Notes: generated by a model not told the origin, from the sequence alone. A stretch of 63,991 nt of DNA, filler included, from Octopus bimaculoides (GCF_001194135.2; 6 parts of 6 records of this genome joined end to end with filler, not necessarily neighbours in it), one strand, 5' to 3'; counted from the first letter of the whole stretch, positions 14,736 to 32,100 are shown. A program made the numbers and translations.

Positions 14736-14971
14736 GCTTTGCTCCTTCCAATACAACTGATACAAAGGGAGAGTGTCAAGGAGAATTGGAAGTTTATACA
14801 ACTGAAGAATCTTGTGAAAGAACATGCGAAAATCGATTTGAAACTAATATATTTGCATCATGTAAAAAGAAAAGCCACTGCATATGTAAAGACGGTTATT
14901 ACAGAAACCAAAATGAATGTGTTCCAGGAACAAAGTGTGACGTATGCCATATTAATGGAACGGTTTATGAG
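14736..14971 (+). CDS. TIL-domain exon of the mucin/vWF-like gene
   Basis: ttcag|GCTTTG...TATGAG|gtaata; encodes FAPSNTTDTKGECQGELEVYTTEESCERTCENR...CDVCHINGTVYE. Confidence 0.85.
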
Positions 14972-17244
14972 GTAATACATTATTTTCTATATCATCATCA
15001 CCATTTAGCATCCAGTTTCCATGTTGGCATGGGCTGGGTGGTTTGGCAAGGCATGCTGAGATGCAGGTTGGTGATGAGCCCTGCTGTCAGCTTTGGCATG
15101 TTTTTTATGACTGGGTGTTCTTCCGAGCACCAACCACTTCACAGTGTGTCCTGGTGCTTTTTCTCATGCCACCAGCACTAGTGAGGTCACCAAATAATTT
15201 GTGAGGCAGAAAAGGAAAATGAAAAGAAAAAACGAAAAGAAAATATCCCCTTGATTAAGTGACAGGGGGGGTGTATTTGAGTGTTACAGGCTAATTAGAA
15301 ATAGAGGCACAAAGGCAGTTTATAAGGGTGGGTAGGTGTAATCGGGACGAAGATAAAATCTGATGAGGCAAAGTGAAGATCTGAACTGTTTTAGAGGCTA
15401 ACTGTCACTGTTCACTGGTGGGTCTCAAGTCTCCCTTAGTTTTACTACTGAATCATGTGTACCATTGTACAATATATTTTGTGTGTTCACTTGTGGAAGT
15501 AACAAAAAAGAAACAAACTTTAAAATAACAGAGAGGCTTTATTCCTTCATAAAGTGATACAGTGAATCAAGTAAGAAACATTACAAACTCTGGTGGCTGT
15601 AGTTCATCCATCACTTGCATGATTCAGCTTGGGTTGTTGTTGGTTACATGTGCTTTATTATGTTATTTTTTCTCTGGTGAAAAACAGCAGGAAATCAGCA
15701 TAACTCGCCTTTATGAAAATCACTCACCTGTCTTGTCTAAATAATTTCTCACACGAATTTAAGGGAAAAGGTAAGCTCCAGAGCACATACTAATTAGTTG
15801 TTTGAGAATGTATTACGCGCAATGTGATTGGACTTCAATCCAAATCTCACACAATATTCAACCAATCATAGCACAGGACTAAAACCAATGTTCAAAATTC
15901 ACATGATAGGAAAAACTACCAATCATTACAGATTAATGTGCTAAGCCTATAAAAGGCTGATTGTCTCCAATATGTGAAAATAGAAATCGGTCTTGCTACA
16001 TGTTAATAATATTGTATTTTAAGTGGCAAGCTGGCTGAACCGTTAGCCTGCCAAGCAAAATGCTTAGCAGCATTTCATGTTTTTACATTCTGAGTTCAAA
16101 TTCTACCAGGATCAACTTTGCCTTTCATCCTTGTGGGGTTAATAAAATAAGTACCAGTTAATCACTGGGGTCAATTTTCGGCAATAATTACTGGCCTTGT
16201 ACCAAAATGTGAAACCAATAATATTGTAGTTTTCTATAAAGTATTTCCATCTATCAATGATTATATTGTATTAAATTTGATTTTGTAGCATGGTAGTATA
16301 TGGGAGTCTTCAGCTGGTTGTGAAATATGTCAGTGTGTGGGTGGTAAGGCTGTATGTAAAAGAATATGCCCGATACCGGAATGCAATGAGGTAAGTCTAA
16401 AATATTTCTAAAATAATTAAGTTGATAATTAACAAGAGCACTCAGAGAGCTCAAACCTCTGCCAGGGCAACACCAACACCTTCTCAATGATTAGTTGGGG
16501 ATTATTTTTAAAATGAGAATATCTGAAATAAACTTGACTGTTCTCACAAACGAGAATACTAAAAATGAACCTGACCTCTCTCAAAAATTAAGTAAAAAAA
16601 AACAAACAGGAAAATGTAATCCAGAATCCTTGTCCAGAACCGGATCGATCCCAAAATCTAATCAGTTTGTGCCAGTTACGAGGCCAAATGTCCTTGAAAG
16701 TTCTATCCGAATCCATCCAGTGGGTCTTGAGATATGTTGTCCACAGACAGACAAACAAATAAACAAAGAAACATGACTGAAGCAATACCTCTACCTTCAC
16801 TAAGGCAGAGGTAATAACAGGTACTGGCTCGTCTTTGGTTTTGACAATGAAGGTTCCAGTTGATCCGATCAATGGAACAGCCTGCTTGTGAAATTAACAT
16901 GTAAGTGGCTGAGCACTCCACAGACAACCTGAGCTGAACCAAAATAATAATAATGACTTTATGTTGAACCAGAACTTAAGCGATATCATCATCATCATCA
17001 TCATCATCGTTTAACGTCCGCCTTCCATGCTAGCATGGGTTGGACGATTTGACTGAGGACTGGTGAAACCGGATGGCAACACCAGGCTGCAATCTAATTT
17101 GGCAGAGTTTCTACAGCTGGATGCCCTTCCTAACGCCAACCACTCAGAGAGTGTAGTGGGNNNNNNNNNNGCCACCCACACAAGAGCCAGTCCAGGGGCA
17201 CTGGCAACGATCTCGCTCGAAAACCCTACAAAGGCCAGTCAGGC

Positions 17245-17286
<42 letters not shown>

Positions 17287-19885
17287 TGTACGTATTGTCA
17301 TCGTCGTTTAACGTCCGCTTTCCATGCTAGCATGGGTTGGACAAATTTCATGCCTTTATTTCATTATCCCATGTGATGACCTGGTCGTCATTGACAATGA
17401 CAGACAAACATTATTATTATTATTATTATTATTACTAAGGTGGCAGCTGGCAGAATTGTTAACACGCAATATTTCGTCTGCTGCTGTGTTCTGAGTTCAA
17501 ATTCCTCCAAGGTCGACTTTGCCTTTCATCCTTTCGGGATCAATAAATTAAGTACCAGTTGAACACTGGCATCAATGTAATCGACTCATCTCCTCCCCAA
17601 AAATGTCTGCCCTTGTGGCAAAATTTGAAACCATTATTGCTATAATTATTATTATTATTACATTATCCAAAATATTCGCTTTTCATTTTCTTTGTTTATA
17701 TCTTTATAGGACGAGAAACTTATTTATGAAAAAGATAATTGCTGCCCAAAATGTAAACATATTACAGGTATACTGATTATATCATGGCTATAAAATTCTT
17801 TCAGCATTTTAGATACTTTGAAGATTGGTAAATTAGCAAAAATGCTAAAGTGGTAAACTAAATGTCTCACAGTATTTATCTCCTTTTCTTCCATTCTAAA
17901 TTCAAAATTCCTTTACTTTACTATTTATTTTAAAATATTTATCAACAAATGAACTGGGTTTGATCTGATTGATTATAAATCCCATTCCTTAAAAACTCAA
18001 ATGTAAGAAATCAATATTTATGATAATTTTTAGAATTGAATAATTTCTAAAAAATAATTTTCGGTTTCTATATAAAGTAATATTTTCTTTCATCATTTTA
18101 TTAATATTTAGCAGAAGCAACAGAGTGACTCAAGAACTGAAAGTTGCTTCTGCTAAATATCAATAAAAATGTACATATACTCATATTTTGAGTTCTATTT
18201 TTCCTGTTTGCATCACCAAACCCATTTTATCATTTTATTAATTTCTCCCAAAATATTAATTTCCATTCATTCATTTTCTCTTCCTGTTATTCCTGGTAAA
18301 GTCACGTGGGATAGAATTCTCATGTATGTCTTCCATAGGGGCATATCAGAAGCAATCATTGTTACACTTTCCAAAAGGATTCCCAAGCATAACCAACTGA
18401 AACTATGAATATTATCCAACCAGCTCATTCTTGGATCCAAACAAGAAGAGAGCAAATGCATTATAAGTTACTCAGGAAAAGCAGTTCCCTTAAATATTTG
18501 AGGATTTTTCCACTTTTGAGATTGATGCAGTTGACTTAGAACATCTCCAGTTTTGACATGAGTAGGTTGGCATTTTCATGACACAAAAACAAGGCTAATG
18601 AGCTAATTCTTTGGAGTTTACGTTTAGTGAAGAACTGATCGAACAAAGTGCAAGTTTGTCAAGTCAGAAACAACTAAAGATAAACAAAAGAAGACAGTCA
18701 AGTATATTGGTTGTATTTGATGGGGTTGTGTAGGAGTATACTCATTTTGAGGAGTAGAGGTCATTGTAGTATCTGTAGAATAGGCAGGATTTAGTAACAA
18801 GAGATCTGTCAGCAAGTGATTGAAGAATTTTGATGAATGCATCTTTGCCAATCAGCAGAAGAGCTTCCTTTTTATGCTGGTTGGCTTGAAGAATCCATCT
18901 GCCACTCCTTTCCTGCAATGTTCTAATCACATGTCCATAATACCAAAACTGTGACTTCACAATGAGTTTTAAATGGGGAAAATTATTCCTAGATATAAAC
19001 TATAGCTTTAATAGATTTTCAAATACTATTTTTTTTTTAATATCTGTGGTAGAAATAGAGACATTGAAAATTATATGAAAAAATACAAATATATCAAAGA
19101 TTTGTCTTTATTTAATACAGCACCTGTCATAATATTATCCTTTTCTACATGTAACAGTTTTGCTGTGAACATTGATTTCAGATTAAAACACAAGTTAATG
19201 TGACAATATGACCAATGGATTGGTTATAATGGTTCTGAGTTTTCTAAAACTCTTTTTATAGTTGAATCAAATGGTCTCTCATTGAATCATATAGCGGTCT
19301 TAAACATAATATTCACAGAAGATTAAGTAGGTTGCACATTAATTAAATTCATACATTTAAAGTATTTCTCTTGTAAAAATTATCTTGTGAAAGTGAATTT
19401 ATTACTTGAAACATAGTTTAAAATGTGAAAATGTGAATTTATTTTATTAAATGCTTTTTAAATTGCCTACCTGAAAGTATAATTATAAATATCAAACAAG
19501 CTAACAAACTATCTAAAAATTTTAATTTTGTTTAAATTTAATTCTAAAGTTAGCTTCCATTTTTATTTCAGAGGGTACATGTGGCTTACATAAAGTCTGG
19601 GATTATCTGAAAAATTCAAATGATACTTGTCAGTCAGTTGATAAGATACAGCTCACCTATTGCAGTGGCGGTTGTGGAGATACTAGATCATACCCTATGC
19701 TGACAAATGATTCAACTGGAACAAGTAGCAACCATTGCCATTGTTGTGAAGGAAGCATTGCTAAAGTAAATGAAGTAATTGTCCAGTGTAAGGGGGAAGA
19801 GCAGAAAAGAACAATGTTTTATCCAGAATTCTGGTGCTGCAAATGTACAGAATGCAAAAAATGTAAGAAAAATCTATCTATTTAA
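14736..19885 (+). CDS. 3' part of a secreted vWF/gel-forming mucin/SCO-spondin/hemocytin-like gene (TIL, VWC, C-terminal cystine knot); 5' end missing
   Basis: Four phase-compatible GT-AG exons: 14736-14971, 16289-16390, 17710-17767, 19572-19885. They translate to TIL (CERTC..CICKDGYYRNQNECVPGTKC), VWC (C.INGTVYEHGSIWESSAGCEICQC...CCPKC) and CTCK (C..C..CSGGC..CHCC..C..CKC) cysteine patterns. Confidence 0.85.
16289..16390 (+). CDS. VWC-domain exon
   Basis: ttttgtag|CATGGT...AATGAG|gtaagt; 102 nt; HGSIWESSAGCEICQCVGGKAVCKRICPIPECNE. Confidence 0.85.
17710..17767 (+). CDS. Exon encoding the end of the VWC domain
   Basis: tctttatag|GACGAG...ATTACAG|gtatac; DEKLIYEKDNCCPKCKHIT; ends in phase 1. 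Confidence 0.8.
18290..18960. mobile_element. Highly decayed RTE-like RT remnant
   Basis: + strand KVTWD..RGISEAIIV, EELIEQ..LKINK; - strand QFWYYGHVIR resembling the RTE C-terminal LRYFGHVMR motif. Confidence 0.35.
19572..19885 (+). CDS. C-terminal cystine-knot (CTCK) exon
   Basis: ttttatttcag|AGGGTACATGT...; EGTCGLHKVWDYLKNSNDTCQSVDKIQLTYCSGGCGD...CHCCEG...QC...WCCKCTECKKCKKNLSI*; may instead end at a donor after 19862. Confidence 0.85.
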
Positions 19886-20529
19886 TATCATGAAAATAAT
19901 ATCTAGAGGAATCATTTCCACATCAGTTGTTAGTTGTTAGGACAAAGCATCCTTCAAGATTTCCATGCTTCCCAAAAATCACCAATGCTATGCTTGAAGG
20001 CACATGGCCTTGTGATTAGAGGTGTTATATTCATAATTGTAAGATAAGACCATGGGTTTGATTCCCAAAATGTTCTTGAGCTAAACATTTCATTTCATAT
20101 TGCTCCAATCCACTCCACTGTACATAAATGGATTCTAGCAATAGCTGGGAAGTTAACCCTGTGATGGACTGACCTCTCATCCAGTGGGTAATACTTTAAT
20201 CTCAATTACTTATATGCCATGAGACAGGCAAATTCTGTGGCTAGATACCTTTCTTGTTACCAACCCTCATCCATTTCCACACAAGGTAATATTCTCCCCA
20301 TATCTTGGTATGTTTTTCACAGAAGAATGTAAACAAACATCACTCTTTTACTGTTCACTTTTCTGTCTCTTTGTGTTTTGTTCTCTGTGCTATGCATGTA
20401 CTTCTAGCTATCATTACTGTCTTTCTCTGATTTATATGTCAGAAAAAGTTGAAAGAAGGGACAGAAGGCAGACGGGTTAAAGTACACCTGAATTCTGCAT
20501 ACAATAATCTCATCATTATTATTACCATT

Positions 20530-20601
20530 GCCCATGTGGTCAAATGGTTAGGATTCCTGGCTTTCACCTAGAGGGCCCAGGTTCGATTCCCAGCATGGAA
20601 A
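20530..20601 (+). pseudogene. tRNA-Glu(TTC)-derived sequence, non-functional; head of a retroposed element
   Basis: GCCCATGTGGTCAAATGGTTAGGATTCCTGGCTTTCACCTAGAGGGCCCAGGTTCGATTCCCAGCATGGAAA aligns base for base with eukaryotic tRNA-Glu-TTC, but acceptor, anticodon and T stems carry mismatches. Confidence 0.85.
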
Positions 20602-20852
20602 CCTGTTACATTAAGATGATACCATGCATAAAACACTGGTGCTGGTTCCAAGTAAAAAGGACTGATGATGGTGCCACCATGAAGGTACTCCTGACACCCT
20701 GTAAAGGGGTTGGTGTTGTGAAAGGTGTCCAGCTGTAGAAACCAAGCCAAAACTGAATTTGGAACTTGATATGGCCCCCGGCCTTGCCAACTCATGTGAA
20801 GCTGTCCAACTCATGCCAGCATGGAAAACTGACATTAGATGATGATGATGAT
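20530..20852 (+). mobile_element. tRNA-Glu-headed SINE or tRNA/LINE chimera with RTE-type 3' tail ending (GAT)n
   Basis: tRNA head joined to a body homologous to 40325-40473 (GGTTGG.GTT..GAA.GG..CCAGCTGTAGAAAC...CATG..AGCATGGAAAAC.GAC.TTA.A.GATGATGAT). Confidence 0.75.
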
Positions 20853-22561
20853 TTAGAATCGAATTTAGAATGATTTACGTTATGAAATGTTATTTTAAGA
20901 TTATACAATATTTTGTGCAATATTAACTAAACATTAACTTAACATGTTTTTATAACAGGGTTTCACCATAATGATCAAGTAAATGTTATGATAACAGTAT
21001 GACAGAAATTACAGTCATTGCACTTGTAAATAGCTACATCATCATTATCATCATCATCCAACATCCTCCTTCCAAGCTGGCAGGGATTAGACAGTTTGAC
21101 AGGGGCTGGCCTGGCAGAAGCCTGCACCACTTCTGTGTCTATTCTGGCATGGTTTTTTACGGCTGGATGCCCTTCCTAACACCAACCACCCTGCAGAGTG
21201 GGCTTAGTGCATTTTACATGGCACAAGCACAGGTGAGGTCAGTTTGCACATGGTTTTTACAGCTTGATGCCCTTCCAAATTTCAACCACTTTACAATGTG
21301 GATTGGATGCTTTTTAAGTGGCACCTGCACTGGCAGGGTTACCAAGTAACCATGCAAGACAAGAAATGGTTGTAGTCTAAAATAAAATGTAGTCTTTAAT
21401 AATTTTATTAATTATGCATATAAAACAAAATATATGCACAGAATGCTTATTTGATATTTACAAAATAAATCCCAGTAATATAAGAAACAATTTATTATAT
21501 GAGATTTAGCTATTCACTATAAAAACCAGTTGAAATAATGATCCCCCAAATTGTTAGTATATAATATGCATATTATAGGTGCAGGCATGTCTGTGTGGTA
21601 AGAATCTTGCTTCTCAACTGTGTGGTTCCTGGTTTGGTCCCACTGCACGACACCTTGGGCTAACCAAAGTAGTGTGAGTGAATTTGATAGACAGAAACTG
21701 AAAGAAGCCCATTGTATGTGTGTGAGTGTGTGTGTGTTTTTGTATCAATGTCTGTCCTCCACCAGTGTTGGTGGGTTTACATCCTGTAACTTAGTGGCTA
21801 GACAAAAGGAACTGATAAAATGTGCCAGGCTTAAAAAACATAAGTACTGGGGTTGATTCATTCGACTAGTCAGTCATTCCAGTAGGCAGAGCCACAAATC
21901 GGTGAAAGGAACCGGTGCCATCAATAGGAAGGTCTTGAAATGATGCACATTCTCTCCTGATGACTCCTGAAGCCTGCTGCTGTCTGGTATGTGGTATTTT
22001 CAACTGACTACACTTACATAAGCAAGCTGTTTTCAAGTCTCTAGATCAGCAGCTCTCAACATCAGTTTCCTGGGACAAATGTGATTCTCAATGGTCTTCC
22101 CTCTATGAATATAAAAAATTTTTCTTTAATTCACTTGTTTTACTTTTTTCGGTACAACATCCCCCCCACCCCCACCACCCCAAAAAAAAACATCGCAGGT
22201 TTTTGATCTGGCTCAGATATTAAAAGTGGTGAGAATCACTGCTTAAAGTACTATGTTTAATATCTAACTAATTTTATGTTGGTTTATTATGTTAAGAAAT
22301 GTGCTTTCAATTTTCAGTATGCTGTTGATAACGATGATCTTTTTTCTTTATTACAGAGTATTCACCATTCATTCATTTATTGAACACTTCATGAAAACCT
22401 ATTGATATTTTTCTTCACCTTAATTAATCATAATTTATTAAATTTTATAATTAAAAAATGAATAAAGTTTTAATTTCAAATTAACTCTTATATTGTTTTT
22501 CCATCAAATTATTTGATATATGCCAAAACATTATATATCTATATATATATATATAAAACAG

Positions 22562-22639
<78 letters not shown>

Positions 22640-24317
22640 TGTGTGTGTGTTTGTATCAATGTCTGTCCTCCACCAGTGTTGGTGGGTTTACATCACTGTA
22701 ACTTAGTGGTTCGACAAAAGAGACCGATAAAATGTGCCAGGCTTAAAAAAACATAAGTACTGGGGTTGATTCATTTGACTAAAAATTCTTCAAAGTGGTG
22801 TCCCAGCATGGCCACAGCCTAATGACTGAAACAAATAAAAAAATTTTTTAAATGAATCGCAATTTAGCTTTCTAAAATAGCAATAAAATGTCACACATTT
22901 GTGACCTCTCCAGCAATCCTTCCCATCCATGTGGGTCCTCCTGCTCCGCCTAGTCCATTCTGTCAGGAGGATACACGTGGATGGAAAGAGTCTCTGAAGA
23001 GGTCACAGATGTGTGACGAAAAATTTCCAGACAATATACATAAGATTAAAAAAAGAACGACAATATAACGTCTTTTACTTGTTTCAGTCATTGGAATATG
23101 CCCATTCTAGAGCATTGCCTGCCAGGGTTAAGTCGAATGAATCGACAGCAGTACTTATTCTAAGCCTGGTACTTTTAATATTGGTCTTTTTTGCTAAACC
23201 ACTAAGTTACAGGAATGTAAACAAACCAACACAACAGTTGTCAAGTGGTGGACGACAGAACACAAACACAGCCCCACCACTCACACATATATATGACGTG
23301 CTCCTTTCAGTTTCCAGCTATCAAATCCATTCACAGGGCTTTGGTTGGCCCAATGTATCCCAAAGTGGGACTGAACCAGGAATCATGTGGCTGGAAGTAA
23401 GCTTCTTACCACACAACCACGCCTGCACCTGTATCTACGACTTTCTCACACACACGCGCGCACTACGACTGGCTCCTCTCAGCTAGCTTCGTTCTACTAA
23501 GTTCACTCACAAAGCTTTGGCCAGCCTGAAGCTACAGAGGCACCATACCGTGGGACTGAATCCAAGATACATGGTCGGGAACCAAGCTTCTTAACCACAC
23601 AACCATTCCTACGCCAATAACTTCAGAATAAAGAAAATTAATACCTATTGCTGTGTATAGATATTGATTTCAATTTTAACTCTAAAATAGTTTCTCGTAC
23701 GAGTTAACTCCCTCTAATTCATGTTAGCAATATTGAAAGTTAGTTACTTCCCCTTATTCTAGGATTCGATTTGTATTAAAGTAAACGTTTTCTGAGAACA
23801 TAAATTATTGATGTCTATAGCAGAATATTCAAATAAAATGAAGAAATGCCTTGTCGAGATAACGGGAGCTATATTGTCTTCACGTCACTAGCAACACAAA
23901 TTTAAACTCACTTTTAGAATGATATGACACAATGGAAACGCTTTGAATTTCTTGAGTTGGGCCCGAGCAAATTTCGTTCTCGCACTTATGCTGTTACAGC
24001 TGTATTCTAAAAGAATTAAGTTGCTAAACACTAACTGTTAAATACCGAAGGAAAATATATTCCATTTTAAAAGATTGATCAAACTAAAGCGTTTGATCCG
24101 GTGGGAAAAAAAATTCTAATAGGTGTAAAACAACTTGCTGCGAACGAATATGAAGAAAAAAAAATGCGCGCTCGCGAACGGGGTGGGGGGAGAGGCCTCG
24201 GAACATTCACATCGTGAATGTTCCGAGAAGCATCACAGGAGCCAAGGAACAAAAGAAAAATAGTGTAATATATGTAAAACGACTTGCTCTGAACGAATAT
24301 GAAAAAAAAAAAAAAAA

Positions 24318-24417
24318 NNNNNNNNNNNNNNNNNNNNNNNNNNNNNNNNNNNNNNNNNNNNTTAATTAATTAANNNNNNNNNNNNNNNNNNNNNNNNNNN
24401 NNNNNNNNNNNNNNNNN
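24318..24417. other. Artificial contig spacer
   Basis: N44-TTAATTAATTAA-N44. Confidence 0.95.
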
Positions 24418-24858
24418 TTATGTGTATTTCTTCTATCTTAATGAATAAAAAATTTTCTGATAGAATAAATGGGTTAATAGAAACCAATGTAGCAAAGAAC
24501 ACAAAATAACTGTGGTTTAGTTCCTGTTTTTAAGGCAGGAACTCCTTGAAATTTTGGGTATTTGAGTATATTTAAGAATTTAAGGAATGGAGAAAACACA
24601 TGTTATAATTGCATACTTTATTCCTACATATGTTTCAAAGGATTACAACCTGTGTGATCCATAGGGATCTTTGATATTAAAATTGTAACCTTCTCATCAG
24701 GGAAAGCATGGGAATCATCTTAAACGTAAGACATTATGACCGATTATGAAAACAATAGATGGATAAGGTTATGATATAAAGCATGCCATGAGAAAACCAT
24801 TGTCTCCTGTTATTTTGCTCTGTGATTCGGTCCTCAAAATATTTTCTTCAAATTTCAG

Positions 24859-29553
<4,695 letters not shown>

Positions 29554-29649
29554 GTAAGTGTCTCTCTTATTGTACATCAGTTTCCGCCACCACCACCACC
29601 TTCTGCACCACCATTATCATCATCAGTACCACTACCACCACCACCACCA

Positions 29650-29935
29650 CTGTTGGCACTCCGTCGCTTACGACGTCGAGGGTTCCAGTTGATCCGATCA
29701 ACGGAACAGCCTGCTCGTGAAATTAATGTGCAAGTGGCTGAGCACTCCACAGACACGTGTACCCTTAACGTAGTTCTCGGGGGATATTCAGCGTGACACA
29801 GAGTGTGACAAGGCTGACCCTTTGAATTACAGGCACAACAGAAACAGGAAGTAAGAGTGAGAGGAAGTTGTGGTGAAAGAGTACAGCAGGCTTCGCCACC
29901 ATCCCCTGCCGGAGCCTAGTGGAGCTTTTAGGTCC
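29650..29935. mobile_element. Third interspersed SINE-like family (GAGGGTTCCAGTTGATCCGATCAACGGAACAGCC...)
   Basis: Related copies at 16850-16930 and 30045-30335. Confidence 0.65.
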
Positions 29936-31059
29936 GCCACCCTAGCCACTGGGCCATTGCGCCTCCACACCACCACCACTACCNNNNNNNNNNNNNNNNN
30001 NNNNNNNNNNNNNNNNNNNNNNNNNNNNNTACCACCACCACCACCACTGTTGGCACTCCGTCGCTTACGACGTCGAGGGTTCCAGTTGATCCGATCAACG
30101 GAACAGCCTGCTCGTGAAATTAATGTGCAAGTGGCTGAGCACTCCACAGACACGTGTACCCTTAACGTAGTTCTCGGGGGATATTCAGCGTGACACAGAG
30201 TGTGACAAGGCTGACCCTTTGAATTACAGGCACAACAGAAACAGGAAGTAAGAGTGAGAGGAAGTTGTGGTGAAAGAGTACAGCAGGCTTCGCCACCATC
30301 CCCTGCCGGAGCCTAGTGGAGCTTTTAGGTCCGCCACCCTAGCCACTGGGCCATTGCGCCTCCACACCACCACCACTACCATTACAACTATCTACATCCA
30401 CACCATCATCATCACCACCATTGCCATCGTCATCATGAACATTGCCACCACCATCTTCATCATCATCACCACCACCACCATCTTTACCACCAGTGGGCAG
30501 AGAAGATGAATCATCATCATCATCATCATCATCATTATCATCATCATCATCATCATCATTATCATCATCATCATCATTATCATTGCCAAATCAGATTGGA
30601 GCCTGGTGCAGCCATCTGGTTTCACCGGTCCTCAATCAAATCGTCCAACCCATGCTAGCATGGAAAGCGGACGTTAAACGACGACGATGATGATGATGAT
30701 TATTGACTGGGAAAGCAGTACATGCCATCAAAGTAGCACTGGGATACAAATATATGAAGCCCTGTATACCCATCATGACTACCCGTCTGATAAGGGTACA
30801 CTAGGCACATGCATCACAACCATATGTGTGCAACATGGTGATCTCATATCAAGATAAACAGCACATGACCTTGCAGGTGGGGCCCAGTTAGAATTTTCTT
30901 CGGGTTGAGTAGCTCATCCTGCTCAAAAGGTCCCTGAATAAAGTCCCATGTTTCTTATTTCTTTATTGCCCACAAAGGGCTAAACATAGAGGGGACAAAC
31001 AAGGACAGATAAAGCGATTAAGTTGATTACATCAACCCCAGTGCGGAACTGGTACTTAA

Positions 31060-31159
31060 NNNNNNNNNNNNNNNNNNNNNNNNNNNNNNNNNNNNNNNNN
31101 NNNTTAATTAATTAANNNNNNNNNNNNNNNNNNNNNNNNNNNNNNNNNNNNNNNNNNNN
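31060..31159. other. Artificial contig spacer
   Basis: N44-TTAATTAATTAA-N44. Confidence 0.95.
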
Positions 31160-31253
31160 TATATATATATATATATATAGGGATGTTTGGCAATTTTTTA
31201 ATTAATAGATAATGCAAACAGGGAAAATAGAACTCAAAACATGAGTGTGTGTG

Positions 31254-31294
<41 letters not shown>

Positions 31295-31679
31295 GAAGCA
31301 ACAGTGTGACTCAGGAGCCAAAAGTTTTGTGTGTTTGATAAGAGCTAGCACATGAAACTCTGAGCCCTTGAGTTCCTCTGTTGTTTCTGATAAATATTCA
31401 TATTATATATGTGTGTGTACTATATGAACTAAGAAATACAAACACATATTTGTATATGCGTGTGTTTTTAAATGTTTGCAGAGAGCAATATATGTTAAAA
31501 AGGTTAGTCAGGAAAGAAGTCAAGTGTAAGAGATTTGCTTATGTTGTGCAGTAAGAATAGGATGAATAAGGCATTTTGAATTCCAAGAAGACATTATATT
31601 CATATGAATTATTATGAATCCGAATATATGTAAGGTGAAGAGTCTTCATGACAACACTTATATGCCTGCTCTTAATAAT

Positions 31680-31885
31680 ATGGTAATGAAACATTATGGA
31701 AGTGTCACTATAAGAGAGTATTAAATGGAAATAGAGGAAACTTGACCCAAGGAAGAAAGCAGACGCATAAAAGGTGACAGTTATAGGTAGGTGTTAGCAG
31801 AAGTATTGTTAGACAGGCAATTAAGGATATGAAGTCAGGGAAAACTGCAGGTCATTTAATGATATTTGCTGAGATGTGGAAAGCA
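31680..31885 (+). mobile_element. Old RTE LINE fragment
   Basis: WKCHYKRVLN...VRQAIKDMKSGKTAG...FAEMWK, same region as 44625-44851. Confidence 0.6.
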
Positions 31886-31924
31886 TTATATGTTATCTAG
31901 GTGCTTTTGTTGTTATTCAGGTAG

Positions 31925-32100
31925 CAGTATTTATAGTAGTAGTAGTAGTAGGAGGAGTAGTAGGAGTAGTAGTAGTGGTGGTGGTGGTGGCGGCGGCGGC
32001 GGCGGTGGCGGTGGTGGCGATGGTGGCGGTGGTAGCAGCAGCAGTAGCAGCAATGACAACAACAACAACAACAACAACAGTAGCAGTAACAGTAGTAAAT
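31925..32100. repeat. Compound trinucleotide array (AGT/AGG/GGT/GGC/AGC/AAC)
   Basis: Visible directly. Confidence 0.95.

Noticed and set aside
20530-20601. Functional tRNA-Glu gene
   Set aside because: Mismatches in three stems, no oligo-T terminator, and direct fusion to a retroposon tail.
29634-30385. Identical 350-bp block repeated across a gap, giving twin ORFs MVKEYSRLRHHPLP...
   Set aside because: Same gap-overlap artefact; the ORFs lie in a repeat family.
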